From assembly GCA_050273025.1 (NCBI GenBank), contig CP158636.1:5084001-5148000 (forward strand): DNA of 64,000 nt, written 5' to 3'. Under the pieces are notes generated by a model. It searched no databases and had not been told where the DNA came from. It saw nothing but the letters and a program-made list of their open reading frames with translations. Source of the stretch: Cenococcum geophilum (taxonomy: Eukaryota). A program made the position numbers and the translations under genes. Shown here one piece after another: positions 38,900 to 51,200 of the stretch; positions within the stretch are counted from its first letter, which is position 1, and each line of letters starts with the position of its first letter.

Positions 38900-41800
38900 T
38901 AGGTAGCAGCGGGCCCTAAGCTAGGTACTAGAGAACCTTGTTAATATTAGGGCGCTACCTATAGTTATTTACTGCCTACTAGTATCTTACTATCTTAATA
39001 AAGAGACCGCTAACTATAAGTTTAGATTAGCCCGTTTGCCACTAGAAGCCATTAAAGCTTTATAATATAGAACACTTATAATATATATAGCCTCTAGCCG
39101 GCAACGCGTACGCACTCTTATAATCCCTAGCTATTTTATTAATAGCATTCTAATAACTCTTCTAGAAGAAAGGGCGCAGCTTCTCGTTATCCTTACTATC
39201 GCGCTATAGGTTAATAGAGAACTTCTATAAGTGGTAGTTATATATTAGCTTAAATAAGATAATGCCTATAGACTAGATGTTAATAGAGTAGTTATAGTTC
39301 TCTAGCTTAAGCTTAGGAGCGAAATAGCCGATTATACCAACTATGCCTAGCTTAGGCTGTAATGACCTACTTACCTAGATATACCTGGATATACTAACGT
39401 CTAGTAGGATAGAACGGAGCAGCTTGCCGATAAGGCCGATGTTAGTTAGCTTTAGGTTATAGTATAGCTAGCGTCCGTTGTGTATAACTTTAACACCTAG
39501 CAGTATGGCGCGGAATGTAGTCGCCACCTCTATTATTATACCCTTATACCCTCTATCAAGCTTATACGTTAGCTACATTCTCTTAAACTATAATTTTAAG
39601 AATATAAGAGGCTTACCCCTTACTCTAAGTCCCTACTAAGTCGCTAAAGGTCTAGGGTGTTATCGGCTTTAGAACAATGGCAATATTATTAAAGGCCGTC
39701 TTAGAGGAGAACTCCTTACTATTAGAGTAGATTACCTCTGCTATATATAGAATTCGCTTACTATTATCTGACTTCTATATGAAATTAGTTACTTCCTAAA
39801 GTATCTTAATCTCTTTATCCACACTATAATAATTTTAGGAAGTCCGCTCTACTACTTTAATAGTAGCTACGTTAGCTAATTAATCTAAGGCAAAGAATAC
39901 TCTTCCGTAACTACCTATACTTAGAGTATCTCCTAGTATCTACCTACCTATTATTCTCTTATTAGGGAGTAGGGTTAGCATCTTAATATTAATATTAGTA
40001 GCCGCTAGCCCGCCGAGAGCGCGAGCTATATAGCGTCTGCGCGCTTCTTTAAAGTTATCTTTAACAGCAAATTCCGTCTACTGGAAGTGGTATTTAAGCT
40101 TATTAAGTAGTATCTTTATACTATACTAGTTTAAGTAATACGGCCGCCGCGTAGCTGTGTTATTATTAACTATTAGCTACGCTAACAAAGACCTAGAGCA
40201 GCCTATAATATAAAGGCCCTTACTTTTAGGAAAGAAGTTAAACCGCGCATAGGGGTTCCGGAGGTTAATATTATGCGATTTTATAAAAGACCTAGTGCAG
40301 AGGAATAAGTTAATAGGCATATTTTCTAAGGGGCCCTTTCCCGCCGCCTATCCCCTCTTTAGTACAGCCGGCGGAGACTATAGCCCTAGCAGATAATAGC
40401 CGACCCAGACTATACCAAGCTTTTAAAGCTGCTCCTTAGTGTTAGTATCTAGCTCCATAAGGGTTTCGCTCGCTTCGCTATTAGTATTATACTTAGTGCG
40501 TTCTATCTTATATTAAAGGCGAACTATTTTATTATTATATATTTGCTTAGGCTTAATAAGTATGCAGCAGAGGGCGGCTTAAGCGCTATTTGCCTAGTTA
40601 TTCTGGCGCTAAGACGTAAGGGCGTTATAGACGTCGCTAAATACTAGCCTGGTGAGGGCATTTACGGGTATAAGGGACGCAAAGGCGCGGTCCGATATTT
40701 AATAATAGATAAGGTGCTTACAGTAGACTTTAATAAGGGATATAAGCTTTAGAATGCCGTAGGAAATATATACCTTTTTAAATACGACTACTAATTATAG
40801 AACCCCTTCCTGGCGGTTCTGTAACGTAAAGACAGCTAAACTATAACTACTTAATCTTGCTTCCTTTAGTAGGTATAAGATATAAAACGTCTATATACGG
40901 CATCTTTAGCGTATTACGGTTATTTTACCTCCTACTAAAGTAAGGTGAGCTAATGCTAGGGATATGCCCTGCCCTAGGTACTATAAAAGGTAGGGTTTAA
41001 GCTTAATAATTTAGGATCTACCTAGTAGAGAAGGATTTTTAAATCCTTAGGGCCTTCGCTAGCTAGCTTCTTAGCCTATTATTATAGCCAGAATATATAA
41101 GGCTAAAGCCGGACGTTACTAATTTGTTAATAATATAGGTCCCTACCTTACTTTACTTTTACTTTACTTTACTTTACCTTATATACTTACACTTTACTTT
41201 ACTTCTCCTATCCCCTACAGTACGTTATATACCCCCCCCCTCCCCCCTACGCTACTACTTTCCTCCTATACGCACTCTACTCTACTCTACTCTACTTTAC
41301 TTTGCCTAACCAACCCAATTATACCTTTAGTATTACGCCTATTTAGTATATATATCGCCCTACTTAGTAAAGCAAAAGTTTGCTATAGGCAGCTATATAA
41401 GTAGTTACCTTTCCATTAGGACTTCTTAAAAAGTACTAGTCTTACTAGTAAAACCATATCTAAAACTTTTAATCTTTATAAGATTGTAGTCGCTTTAGGG
41501 TTTACCTCTATATATAAAATACTACTAACTAACTAAGTTACTTCGGGGCCACAGACCTACAGCAACGGCTATTAAGACTCTATTAATAAGATTCGCTTCT
41601 ACATTCTAGTATAAATAAAAAGACGCTAGTCGCGAATAACGTTGCGCGGGATAATACGGCGTTTTAGCAGCTAATCTAAGACAAGGTAAGTTTTATCTTA
41701 AACCCCTATTCCCTATACACCCCTCCCCCTTATAAGAGCACCAATAATTAGTACGCTAGTTCCCGTCTACCGACCCTATAATGCTTAGAGACTAAGAGGT

Positions 41801-42795
41801 TAGAATAGGTCAGTTTTCCTCTCTTTAAAAGGGCCTGCCATAGGGGCGAAAGCTCTACGGCGTAGTGGTTAGGGTATATAATAAGAACGGCGCGGTATAG
41901 GTAGGCGGCGAGATGTATAGCAATGTTAAAACAGAAAACATAGAGATAGGGCGGCATCTTAAGGACGAGTATTTTCTCCTTATTATAGACGCTAGCAACT
42001 AGTATATAATACTAGGCAGGCCAATATATTATCTTATATTAATGTAATAAAACACACTATTAGCTTTATTCCGCTGGCTAAATATAGGTAGCCTCCCTCT
42101 GTATACTATACTCTATAACCGCCTTTATAATACTAAGGCCGAACTCTATCTTTATACCCCATTCCGCTAGTCTAAACTTAATAGAGGGTAAAGAGCACTT
42201 ATTAAATGGGCAGTTAATCTACACTAGTATATCCGTATATTTATCCTTTAAAAAATCCAGTAGGTTATATAGGGGCATTATTAGAGACACCCCTCCCTAC
42301 GGCATCGCCCTATAGGGTAGATCATTATGGCGTTCCGTCTCCTAGTTTAGGCTCTTTGGCCAGTTTGGCGGTATAGGGAGTTAAGTAGCATAGTGCTTAA
42401 TCGCCTAAGCCAGGCCCTCTAGCTTGGCTATAGTGCGCTACTAATTAGAGACAGCATTGGCGTAGATATTAGTAGTTATAGTATATACTTATTTGCCGCG
42501 TAGGTTCTAGCGTAGTTTACTAAGCGTATCTAAGGTAGTGCTAATAGCGCATAAGAAGAAGACTTTAAGGGAAATGGATAAGAGCTTAATAAGGATCGTC
42601 CTAGCTTTTTTACGGTAATTATTACTAATAATTGTGTCCGGGTCCTCCCCAACGACGGCTACTACCTTTAATAGCCTGTTTTCCTTAAGATCTTCTAGGG
42701 GGGAGAATCCGCTTAAAACCCTCTAAATCCTATTATTAAGCACGGCGATAAGGCTAGTGTGGTCTATAAGCGTAGGGGTAGGAGCTATAGAGCCA
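38900..42795 (-). pseudogene. RIP-degraded coding-like region(s), unknown products
   Basis: Residual GC-rich coding-like stretches on the minus strand (e.g. NNRGGDYIPRHTARC; NPYARFNFFPKSKG). Gene structure is not resolvable by eye. Confidence 0.3.
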
Positions 42796-43099
42796 TCTAT
42801 AGAAAGGCTCAAATAGTAGGGAGAAGAAAAGTAAGTGAAGTAAAGTAAGGTAGATAAAGTAAGGTAGATAAAGTGAGGTAGATAAAGTGAGATAAAGTAA
42901 GGTAGATAAAGTGAGGTAAAGTAGGTAGGTATGTAAAGTGAAGTAAAGTAGAGCGGAGTAGAGTGATACTACAACGCTATACAGCTGTATATTAGTCTAT
43001 GCCCCCTATTAGAAGGGCTAGTATAGCTAAACCAGCTATAAGTTCTAAAGGAACCACCCCATCTAAAAGAGATTACAATTGCTTGCGAATCGGACTCCG

Positions 43100-44100
43100 A
43101 TTTTGTGCATACTATAGTAGATTTTCGCACTTTAGGCTGACGACTAATATAGGGTCTTAGAAGAGATCGTATAAAAGTATAGTATAAAGTTTTATAAGGC
43201 TTGCCAAGAACTACGAGGACCGTATGGCGCCAACTATTTATAATAGGGCGGGCAGTGCAAGCACTAGAAACGCCAAGGAGCTATTACCTTTAGTTATAAT
43301 AAAGGGTAAGTTTACTTAAGAGAACCTAGAGTCTAGCAGCCTTAAGGGGCCTAGAACCCTATAGAAATAGGACTAAAAACTAGGTCCTAATTAGCCCAGG
43401 CTCGCTTAATAAATGCCTTAGTAAATAGAGGCTGGAAAGAATCTAAGGAAGGAGTAATTAACTAGATAGAATTTAATTATAAAACAATTAAACGCTTCCT
43501 AATCTTTTTATACACTTAGGACTATCTCTAGAGCCTAATAATATAATATATAATATAGAAGAAGAGATAAAAGCACCTAAACCAACTAAAGGTGATTTAT
43601 TTACAGTTTTATAGCACTAGTATATTAGGTAAATCTAACTAAGAAGCTATAGAAGAACCTATAGCTATAACGGATAAACCTAGAAGCCTTAGGCTCCTAA
43701 AATTAATTCTCTAAAGAGCCTCTAAGTCCGAGTAGCTAAGTCCTAATAATAGTCTTTTAGTAGTCCTAGACTTAGGATTAAGCTCTTAAGAACCTAAGGC
43801 TCCTAGGAGAATTAGTCTTTTAGAAGCCTTAGGTTCCTAGGGAATATATTCTTAGAAGTTCCACAGCACCCTATAATAGAATAATTATTTCTCTTAGAAT
43901 CGCATCCCTTTTAAAATCGGCCCTCCTAGACCAAAAGCCCTCCTAAGATTAAATCTCTTAGATATTAAGCCCTCCTAGAAGCTCTACCTAGATAACTAAG
44001 AGCTAAGTACTAGTAATGGCAGCCTGCGAAAATTATGCGGCTAAAGAAATATGCTGCCTATAGAAAGTGTACGGCCGCAGCGCCTAGGAGCAACTTATGG
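43100..44100 (+). pseudogene. RIP-degraded gene with low-complexity C-terminal part, unknown product
   Basis: Frame ADD.YRVLEEIV.KYSIKFYKACQELRGPYGANYL..GGQCKH.KRQGAITF followed by repeated EALGS-like units. Confidence 0.3.
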
Positions 44101-45104
44101 CCTAGGAGTATTACTCTAAGAGTAATTTATTTCTAGTGGCCTTTCTTATTATATAGCCCTGTTATTTTTAGAAAAATATTTAATAGTATTTAAGCTCTTA
44201 GCCGGGGCATCCAGAGGGGAAATATCCTCTTAGGATGCTTACTAACTAAACCCATAGTGGAATAGCCTGCTTAGCGCTATACCCTATTATTTACAGCAAA
44301 CTAGTTGTTAGGTTTAACTAGTTAATGGGTTTAACTAGTAAATAGGTTAACTAGTTATTGGGGTTACTATCTTTAAAAGTTGTTAAACTAGTATACAATA
44401 TGGATTAGTATAAAACTACTAGTCTTATATACTAGTACACTTTTTTTACTAGTAGGTTCGTAGTACTAGTTCTTATCCTTCTAATAACGTATTACTAATC
44501 CACGCTTTCTACTAGTAAACTCTTCGTACTAGTCTAATCTAACACTAAAAATATACCAGTCTATTTTTTATACCAGTTATAACTAAGTAACTCCCTTTAT
44601 ACCAGTCTAAATCTAATACTAAAAATATACTAGTCTATTTTTTATACCAGTTATAACTGATTAACTCCCTTTATACCAGTTTAATTTAAGTATTATTGTT
44701 ATAGGTCTTTTATAGGGATTAGCACTAGCCCTATAGATTTAGCATGGCGTCTTGTCTTAGCTAAGAGATGTATTACGTAGATGCTTGGCGTTTTCTTTAA
44801 CGATGGTACTGGAGGAGTCCTCTATATACGTTTCCTGCTTATATAAGCAGATTCCCTTTATTACCCTAGCATCCGTAAAAGTCGCCCCAAACTTCGTAGA
44901 TATAGGCCTATATCAAGGCCTATATCCTTTATAGATAGATTTAATAGCTTCATTTATTTATTTAATATTATTCAGTTTATCATTCTTAATGACTTTGCTA
45001 GTAGGATAGGAAAGCTGTACGGAAATTTTATTACTTAATTGGGATTTTTTACGCTATTTACTTAAAAGGAAAAGTAAAGGTTGAAAATAGGAGTGAGGAG
45101 GTTT

Positions 45105-45249
45105 GGGGGATTAAGTAGACCCTAAAAATAGAGGACCTAATTTTAGGCTCTCGAAATATCTAAAATTAGGACCCTCTTAGAAGCTAAAAATAGCCCTTCG
45201 TTTACACCTAAAACTAAATACTCGATTTTTAGAGCCTACTTAATCCCCC
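45105..45249. repeat. ~145-bp inverted-repeat (MITE-like) element
   Basis: GGGGGATTAAGTAGACCCTAAAAATAGAG pairs with CTCGATTTTTAGAGCCTACTTAATCCCCC, with an internal CCTAATTTTAG/CTAAAATTAGG hairpin. No clear TSD. Confidence 0.6.
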
Positions 45250-46218
45250 TCTTTCTTTCTCTCTAAGTCTAGGCAGTAGCCTTAGATATAACTTATATAA
45301 AACGGCGTAGGGTAACTTATTAAAGCGTAAGCCAGTAAGGCTTAGCGAAGCGTGCCAAACTGAGGACAAAAATAAATCCTAGCGATTCGCCTATTTATGG
45401 AAGCCCTTGCGTTTCCACTCCCTTACGGTTTCCCCTTGGCTTGCTTAAATCTGCCCTTATATATAGGGTAAACTAAAAGCAATATGTGGATCGTCGGGGG
45501 TCCGCCAACGAAAATTTTGACCCGAGTTTATACTTAATAGGCCCTTACTTAGAGGCTTTTAATATAGAGGCTTTTGGGTTAAAGACTTTTAATATAGCTT
45601 TTATAGTTCGCAATTAAGATTATATTGGTTATAAATAGTATATACTTAGACTGCAGAGCTTTAATATAGAGCTATCTGCTTAAAATATAATGGAGTAGTT
45701 AATTATAATTAGAGTTTAAAAATTTGGGACCTAAAAGTAATAGACCACTCGTAAACTCAGGTCAATAAGCTTTACAGTTTCCACACTATAGAATCAATTT
45801 TTGACCAAAAAGGTTAGCGATATCCGCTAATTAATTCTACGGTCTAAACTTACTAAGGTAAGCTGTTAGATCCACGTAATGGTTACCCAGAGCTAGATTT
45901 TCCGGCCGATTTCCATTTAGAACGGAAGATAACTAAGTCCCAGCAGCCGCAGAAGTCCTTTCTCTAGAAGTCTAGCGCTAAACTATAGATTATATCTCGT
46001 AAGTAACGCCCTTATATCTCGCATGCAAAGTATCCTTATACTTACTTCTTAATAGAGCTTAACTATAAAAGAGAGTGCTAAAGCAGCTCTAGATGCTATA
46101 AAGGTTTTATCTATAGGCGTTTTAAATCACTAATTATATTCTATACAAAACCTCTGCTATCTTAATTATATTAGATTATAGATTTTATACTTACCTTTAG
46201 AGGCGCTTTACAAACTTC

Positions 46219-46720
46219 AGACGTGGCTATTCCAGATATAGTTGTTAGACGTGGCGTTCTTACTCTCCGGACATGACTGTTCTCCAAATATAGCTGTTCT
46301 TTAGACGTAGCTATTAGCTATTCTCTAGTGGCTATTCTTTAGAAGTGGCTGCCCTCTATATAGCTGTTCTCTAGACGTAGCTATTCTCCAGACGTGCTAT
46401 TCTCCAGACGTAGCCAGACGTGGCTGTTAGCTATTCTCTAGTGGCTATTCTCTAGAAGTGGCTGCCCTCTATATGGCTGTTCTTTAGACATAGCTATTCT
46501 CTAAACATGCTGTTCTTTAAACGTAGCTATTCTCTAAACATAGCTGTTAGCTGTTCTCTAGTAGCTATTCTCTAAAAGTAGCTGCCCTCCATATAGCTAT
46601 TCTCTAGACGTAGCTATTCTCCAGACATAGTTCTTCTATTTGGCGCTGCTAAGAGGACTAGTTATTTTGGGCCAATTAGGCATCCAATAATTCTCTAAAC
46701 GTGGCTGTTCTCTAAACGTA
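46219..46720. repeat. ~17-bp minisatellite (GACGTGGCTGTTCTCCA)n with ~120-bp higher-order repeat
   Basis: Repeated GACGTGGCT/GTAGCT ATTCTC(C/T)A units. The block GTGGCTATTCT..AGAAGTGGCTGCCCTC recurs three times. Confidence 0.8.
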
Positions 46721-46870
46721 ACTAGGATCCCCTAATTACGGTTAGCTAAAAATAGAGGGTCCCAGAATTGGGTTCTAAGGATAATATTTAAAGCCTAGTA
46801 AAAACTTATGCAAGTTATAATAAATAACCTGTTCTCCCGTAGTAAATATTATTAAATAGGCTATATAAAT

Positions 46871-47015
46871 ATATAAAAGGCATGATTCCTTAAGCACGAA
46901 TAAAGATTTGCAGCGGAGAGGAGGATTAAGTATAGAGGTACTGCTAGTGTTAATCTCAAAGTGCTGCATTTTATATGCGAAAAGGACGAGGGAAATATAG
47001 CGAGACTTAGGAATT
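46871..47015 (+). pseudogene. N-terminal fragment of a DUF3723 protein (Starship accessory gene)
   Basis: Reads KA.FLKHE.RFAAERRIKYRGTASVNLKVLHFICEKDEGNIARLR, matching my recollection of the DUF3723 N-terminal motif (KYRGTA.I.L.VLHF...NVERL). Similarity is lost after ~47015. Confidence 0.6.
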
Positions 47016-47495
47016 ATAGTATCTGTAAACATGGAGTCTCTAAATTAATTAGATATCTTACTTACTATAGCTTTTATTATAAAGCGATTCCACCTAATTA
47101 GATTAGTAGAAGCTCGCATATAGCTAGAACAGAATTACTAGCTTTAACCGGTCCGGTAGACTAAATATTAGCGGAATAAAGAGCGAATATCGGAATTGAG
47201 TCATTGCGGCTAGGCTGTTTCCCGCGCTTTAGACGATATATAAGGTATATAGTTAAGTATAATAAACAACTAACCACCCTAAAAGGCACTAGTATCCTTG
47301 CTTTTAGTCCTAACTAATAGTGATTTTAGTATTTACGACCGCGAGTAAGCTTCCTTCCTGCTAGCAGAATCTATAGTAGATATAGCCCTGTGTCATGCTA
47401 TGGGAAGGTCCGCATCGTGAAGTTAGGTGGTGGTAGTCGCGAGAACTGGTTGAGGTTTGACAGGCTTTTATTAACTTAGCAACTGCGCCACGCTA

Positions 47496-48109
47496 ACGTT
47501 ATTCCACCACCAAACCGGCAACACTACCAAACCGGCAGCCCTAAAAACTACTAAAAATTAGAAAAAATGCATCTTAATATCTCGACAACGGCTTAATAAT
47601 AAATTCTAAAATTTTATACTTAGCCTTTTATACCTATTTTAAACCTCTTATTAGATTTAAAAAATAATCTATTAAGTAGTTTTAAAAATATCGCAATTTA
47701 GCTTAAAATTGGAGGCTAAAACCTAATATCTTAATAATAGCCAGGCTTATTATACTAGAACTTTATTAAAAGTCTTAATATAGGTATAAAAGGCTAATTA
47801 TAAAATTTCGGAACTTATTATTAAGCCGTTATCGAGATATCAAGGTGCATTTTTTCTAATTTTTGGTGGTTTTGTCAGAATATATAGACAGAGGTTATAT
47901 AGTCATTTATGTCTCTAATTAGTCACCCTTACGGTGACTTATCAACCCCCTACTTAGGCACCGCGATCCTTACGATCCTCTGCTTTCTCTACCTATTAAA
48001 TAAGAATTAATTTAATAGTTAATAGGCTATATAAGTGCACTTAGGTAATACTAATAGGTTTTTAGGGCTGCCGGTTTGGTAGTGTTGCCAGTTTGGTAGT
48101 GGAATACAT
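47496..48109. mobile_element. 614-bp non-autonomous Fot1/pogo-like TIR element with a long internal inverted repeat
   Basis: TA|ACGTTATTCCACCACCAAACCGGCAACACTACCAAACCGGCAGCCCTAAAAAC pairs with GTTTTTAGGGCTGCCGGTTTGGTAGTGTTGCCAGTTTGGTAGTGGAATACAT|TA. An internal inverted repeat spans ~47545-47650 vs ~47760-47872. Confidence 0.8.
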
Positions 48110-48262
48110 TAAATAGCCGAGTAGCATAAAATAGCGTTAGCGGTAACTACAGCAGTGCCTTACCGCCACCACGCCACATTTGAGAGTGTTACGCCAACTA
48201 GTTGCCCGTTTACTCTACATTCTCCATTCCTTAATCTCGAAAAGTACACCCTTAACAACCCT

Positions 48263-51200
48263 ATGGCCGGAGCGGGTCAGCTATCCTCCTTACTAGCGGT
48301 GGCGAGCTTAAAGTATTTACGCTTTCATCGCCTCCTATAAATACCACTAATTATAATACTACTGAAGCCGTTCTAGTAATCCCGGTACTATTTACTTTTT
48401 CGGGCTTAGCCGGGTATATAAAGAGAAAAGGATTAGCTGACCGTAGTCTAATTATAGAACGGACCACGTAGGCAGCAGCTGATTAAACTGCCCCGCCTCC
48501 GCAAATAGAGTGATAATTATCACTAATAAAGGCGCAACTAAAGTTAAGATCCGTTAGCGTAAGAGTTATCTTATACTACCTTGTGCACTATATTATTATC
48601 TCTTTTAGCTATAGTTAAACTTATTCTAATAGCTTAAAAAACGTAGAAGGATAGCTTATTTTAGGTAGGCGTTAATAGTAACTAACATTATTACTTAGCT
48701 AACGGTGTTGGTGTAGCGCGTAAGTGTTTTAAGAGTATATTTTAAATATTCTACTAATACGCCTAACTGTAGGAAGTAAGTAGACCTGCGACTATTAATA
48801 TGCGAGTGTACTGCTAATCCTACTGTATCTAGTGGTTTAGCGTGTAAGTAGATATGCAAATATAGACATGCGAGCCTACTGCTAATCCTATTATATTTGG
48901 TGGTGTAGCGTATAAGTAGACCTGCGAATATTAATATGCAAGGCTGCTGCTAATCCTACTATATTTGGTGGTATAGGAGGTAAGTAGACATATAAGTATC
49001 GACATGCGAGCCTACTGCTAATCCTACTATGTTTAGTAGTGTAGTAGGTAAGTAGATATGCGAATATGGACATACAAGCCTACTACTAATCCTACTATGT
49101 CTAGTAGTATAGATAGTAAGTAAATATGCAAATATAGACATACAAAGCTGCTGCTAATCCTACTATATCTAATGGTGTAGTATATAAGTAGACCTGCGAA
49201 TATTAATATATAAGCCTGCTACTAATCCTACTGTGTCTAGTAGTATAGTATATAAGTAGACCTACGAATATAGACATCTAAGCGTACTGCTAATCCTACT
49301 ATGTTTGGTGGTATAGGTTATAAGTAGACCTATAAATATCGACATATAAGCCTACTGCTAATCCTACTTTATTTAGTAGTATAGGAGGTAAGTAGACCTG
49401 CGAATATAGATATATAAACCTACTGCTAATCCTACTATATTTAGTGGTGTAGGGTATAAATAGACCTACAAATATCGATATATAAGCCTGCTGCTAATCC
49501 TTCTATATCTAGTAGTATAGCTTATAAGTAGATATGCAAATATAGATATATAAGGCTGCTACTAATCTTATTATATCTGGTAGTGTAGCCTATAAGTAGA
49601 TATGCGAATATTGATATATAAGCCTACTGCTAATCTTACTATATCTAGTAGTGTAGCCTATAAGTAGATATGCGAATATTAATATATAAGCCTACTACTA
49701 ATTTTACTATATCTGGTGGTGTAGGATGTAAGTAGATATACAAATATTAACATATAAGCCTGCTGCTAATCTTACTATATTTAGTAGTGTAGGTTATAAA
49801 TAGACCTGCAAATATTAATATATAAGCCTGCTGCTAATTTTACTATATCTGGTGGTTTAGCATATAAGTAGATTTACAAATATTAATATACGAGCCTACT
49901 GCTAATCCTACTATGTCTAGTGGTGTAAATTGTAAGTAGATATATAAATATGAATATACAAGCGTGCTGCTAATCCTACTGTGTCTGGTAATATAGGAGG
50001 TAAGTAGATATATAAGTATTGATATGTGAGCCTACTGCTAATCCTACTGTGTTTAGTGGTTTAGCGTGTAAGTAGATATGCAAATATTAATATATAAGGC
50101 TGCTGCTAATCTTACTATATTTAGTGGTATAGCGTATAAATAGACCTATAAATATAGATATGTAAGTGTATTACTAATCCTACTATGTCTAGTAGTATAA
50201 GAGGTAAGTAGATATGCGAATATCGATATATAAGCCTACTACTAATCCTGCTATATTTAGTGGTGTAGCGTATAAGTATATCTACGAATATAGACATACG
50301 AGCCTACTACTAATCCTGCTGTGTCTAGTAGTGTAGCCTATAAGTAGATATGCGAATATTAACATATAAGCCTACTACTAATCTTACTATATCTAGTAGT
50401 ATAGCTTATAAGTAGATATGCGAATATTAACATGTAAGCCTACTGCTAATCTTATTATATCTAGTGGTATAGGAGGTAAGTAGACCTACGAATATTAATA
50501 TATAAGCCTACTACTAATCCTACTATGTCTAGTAGTTTAGCGTATAAGTAGACCTGCGAATATGGATATATAAGCCTATTACTAATCCTACTATATCTAG
50601 TAGTGTAGGAGGTAAGTAGATATATAAATATGGACATGCGAGCCTACTGCTAATTCTATTATGTTTAGTAGTATAGCTTATAAGTAGATATGCGAATATT
50701 AATATGCGAGCGTACTGCTAATCCTACTGTGTTTAGTAGTATAGCGTATAAGTAGATACGTAAATATAGACATATAAGCCTACTGCTAATCCTGCTATAT
50801 CTAGTAGTGTAGGAGGTAAGTAGATATGCAAATATAGATATACGAGCCTACTGCTAATCTTACTATATCTAGTAGTGTAGGTTATAAGTAGACCTATAAA
50901 TATTAACATATAAGCCTACTGCTAATCCTACTATATCTAGTGGTTTAGCGTATAAGTAGATATACGAATATCAATATATAAGCCTGCTACTAATCCTACT
51001 ATATCTAGTAGTATAGGAGGTAAGTAGATATGCGAATATTGACATATAAGCCTACTGCTAATCCTGCTATGTCTAGTAGTATAGTATATAAGTAAATATG
51101 CGAATATAGATATATAAGGCTGCTGCTAACCTTATTATATCTAGTGGTGTAGCCTATAAGTAGATATGTAAATATTAATATATAAGCCTACTGCTAATCC

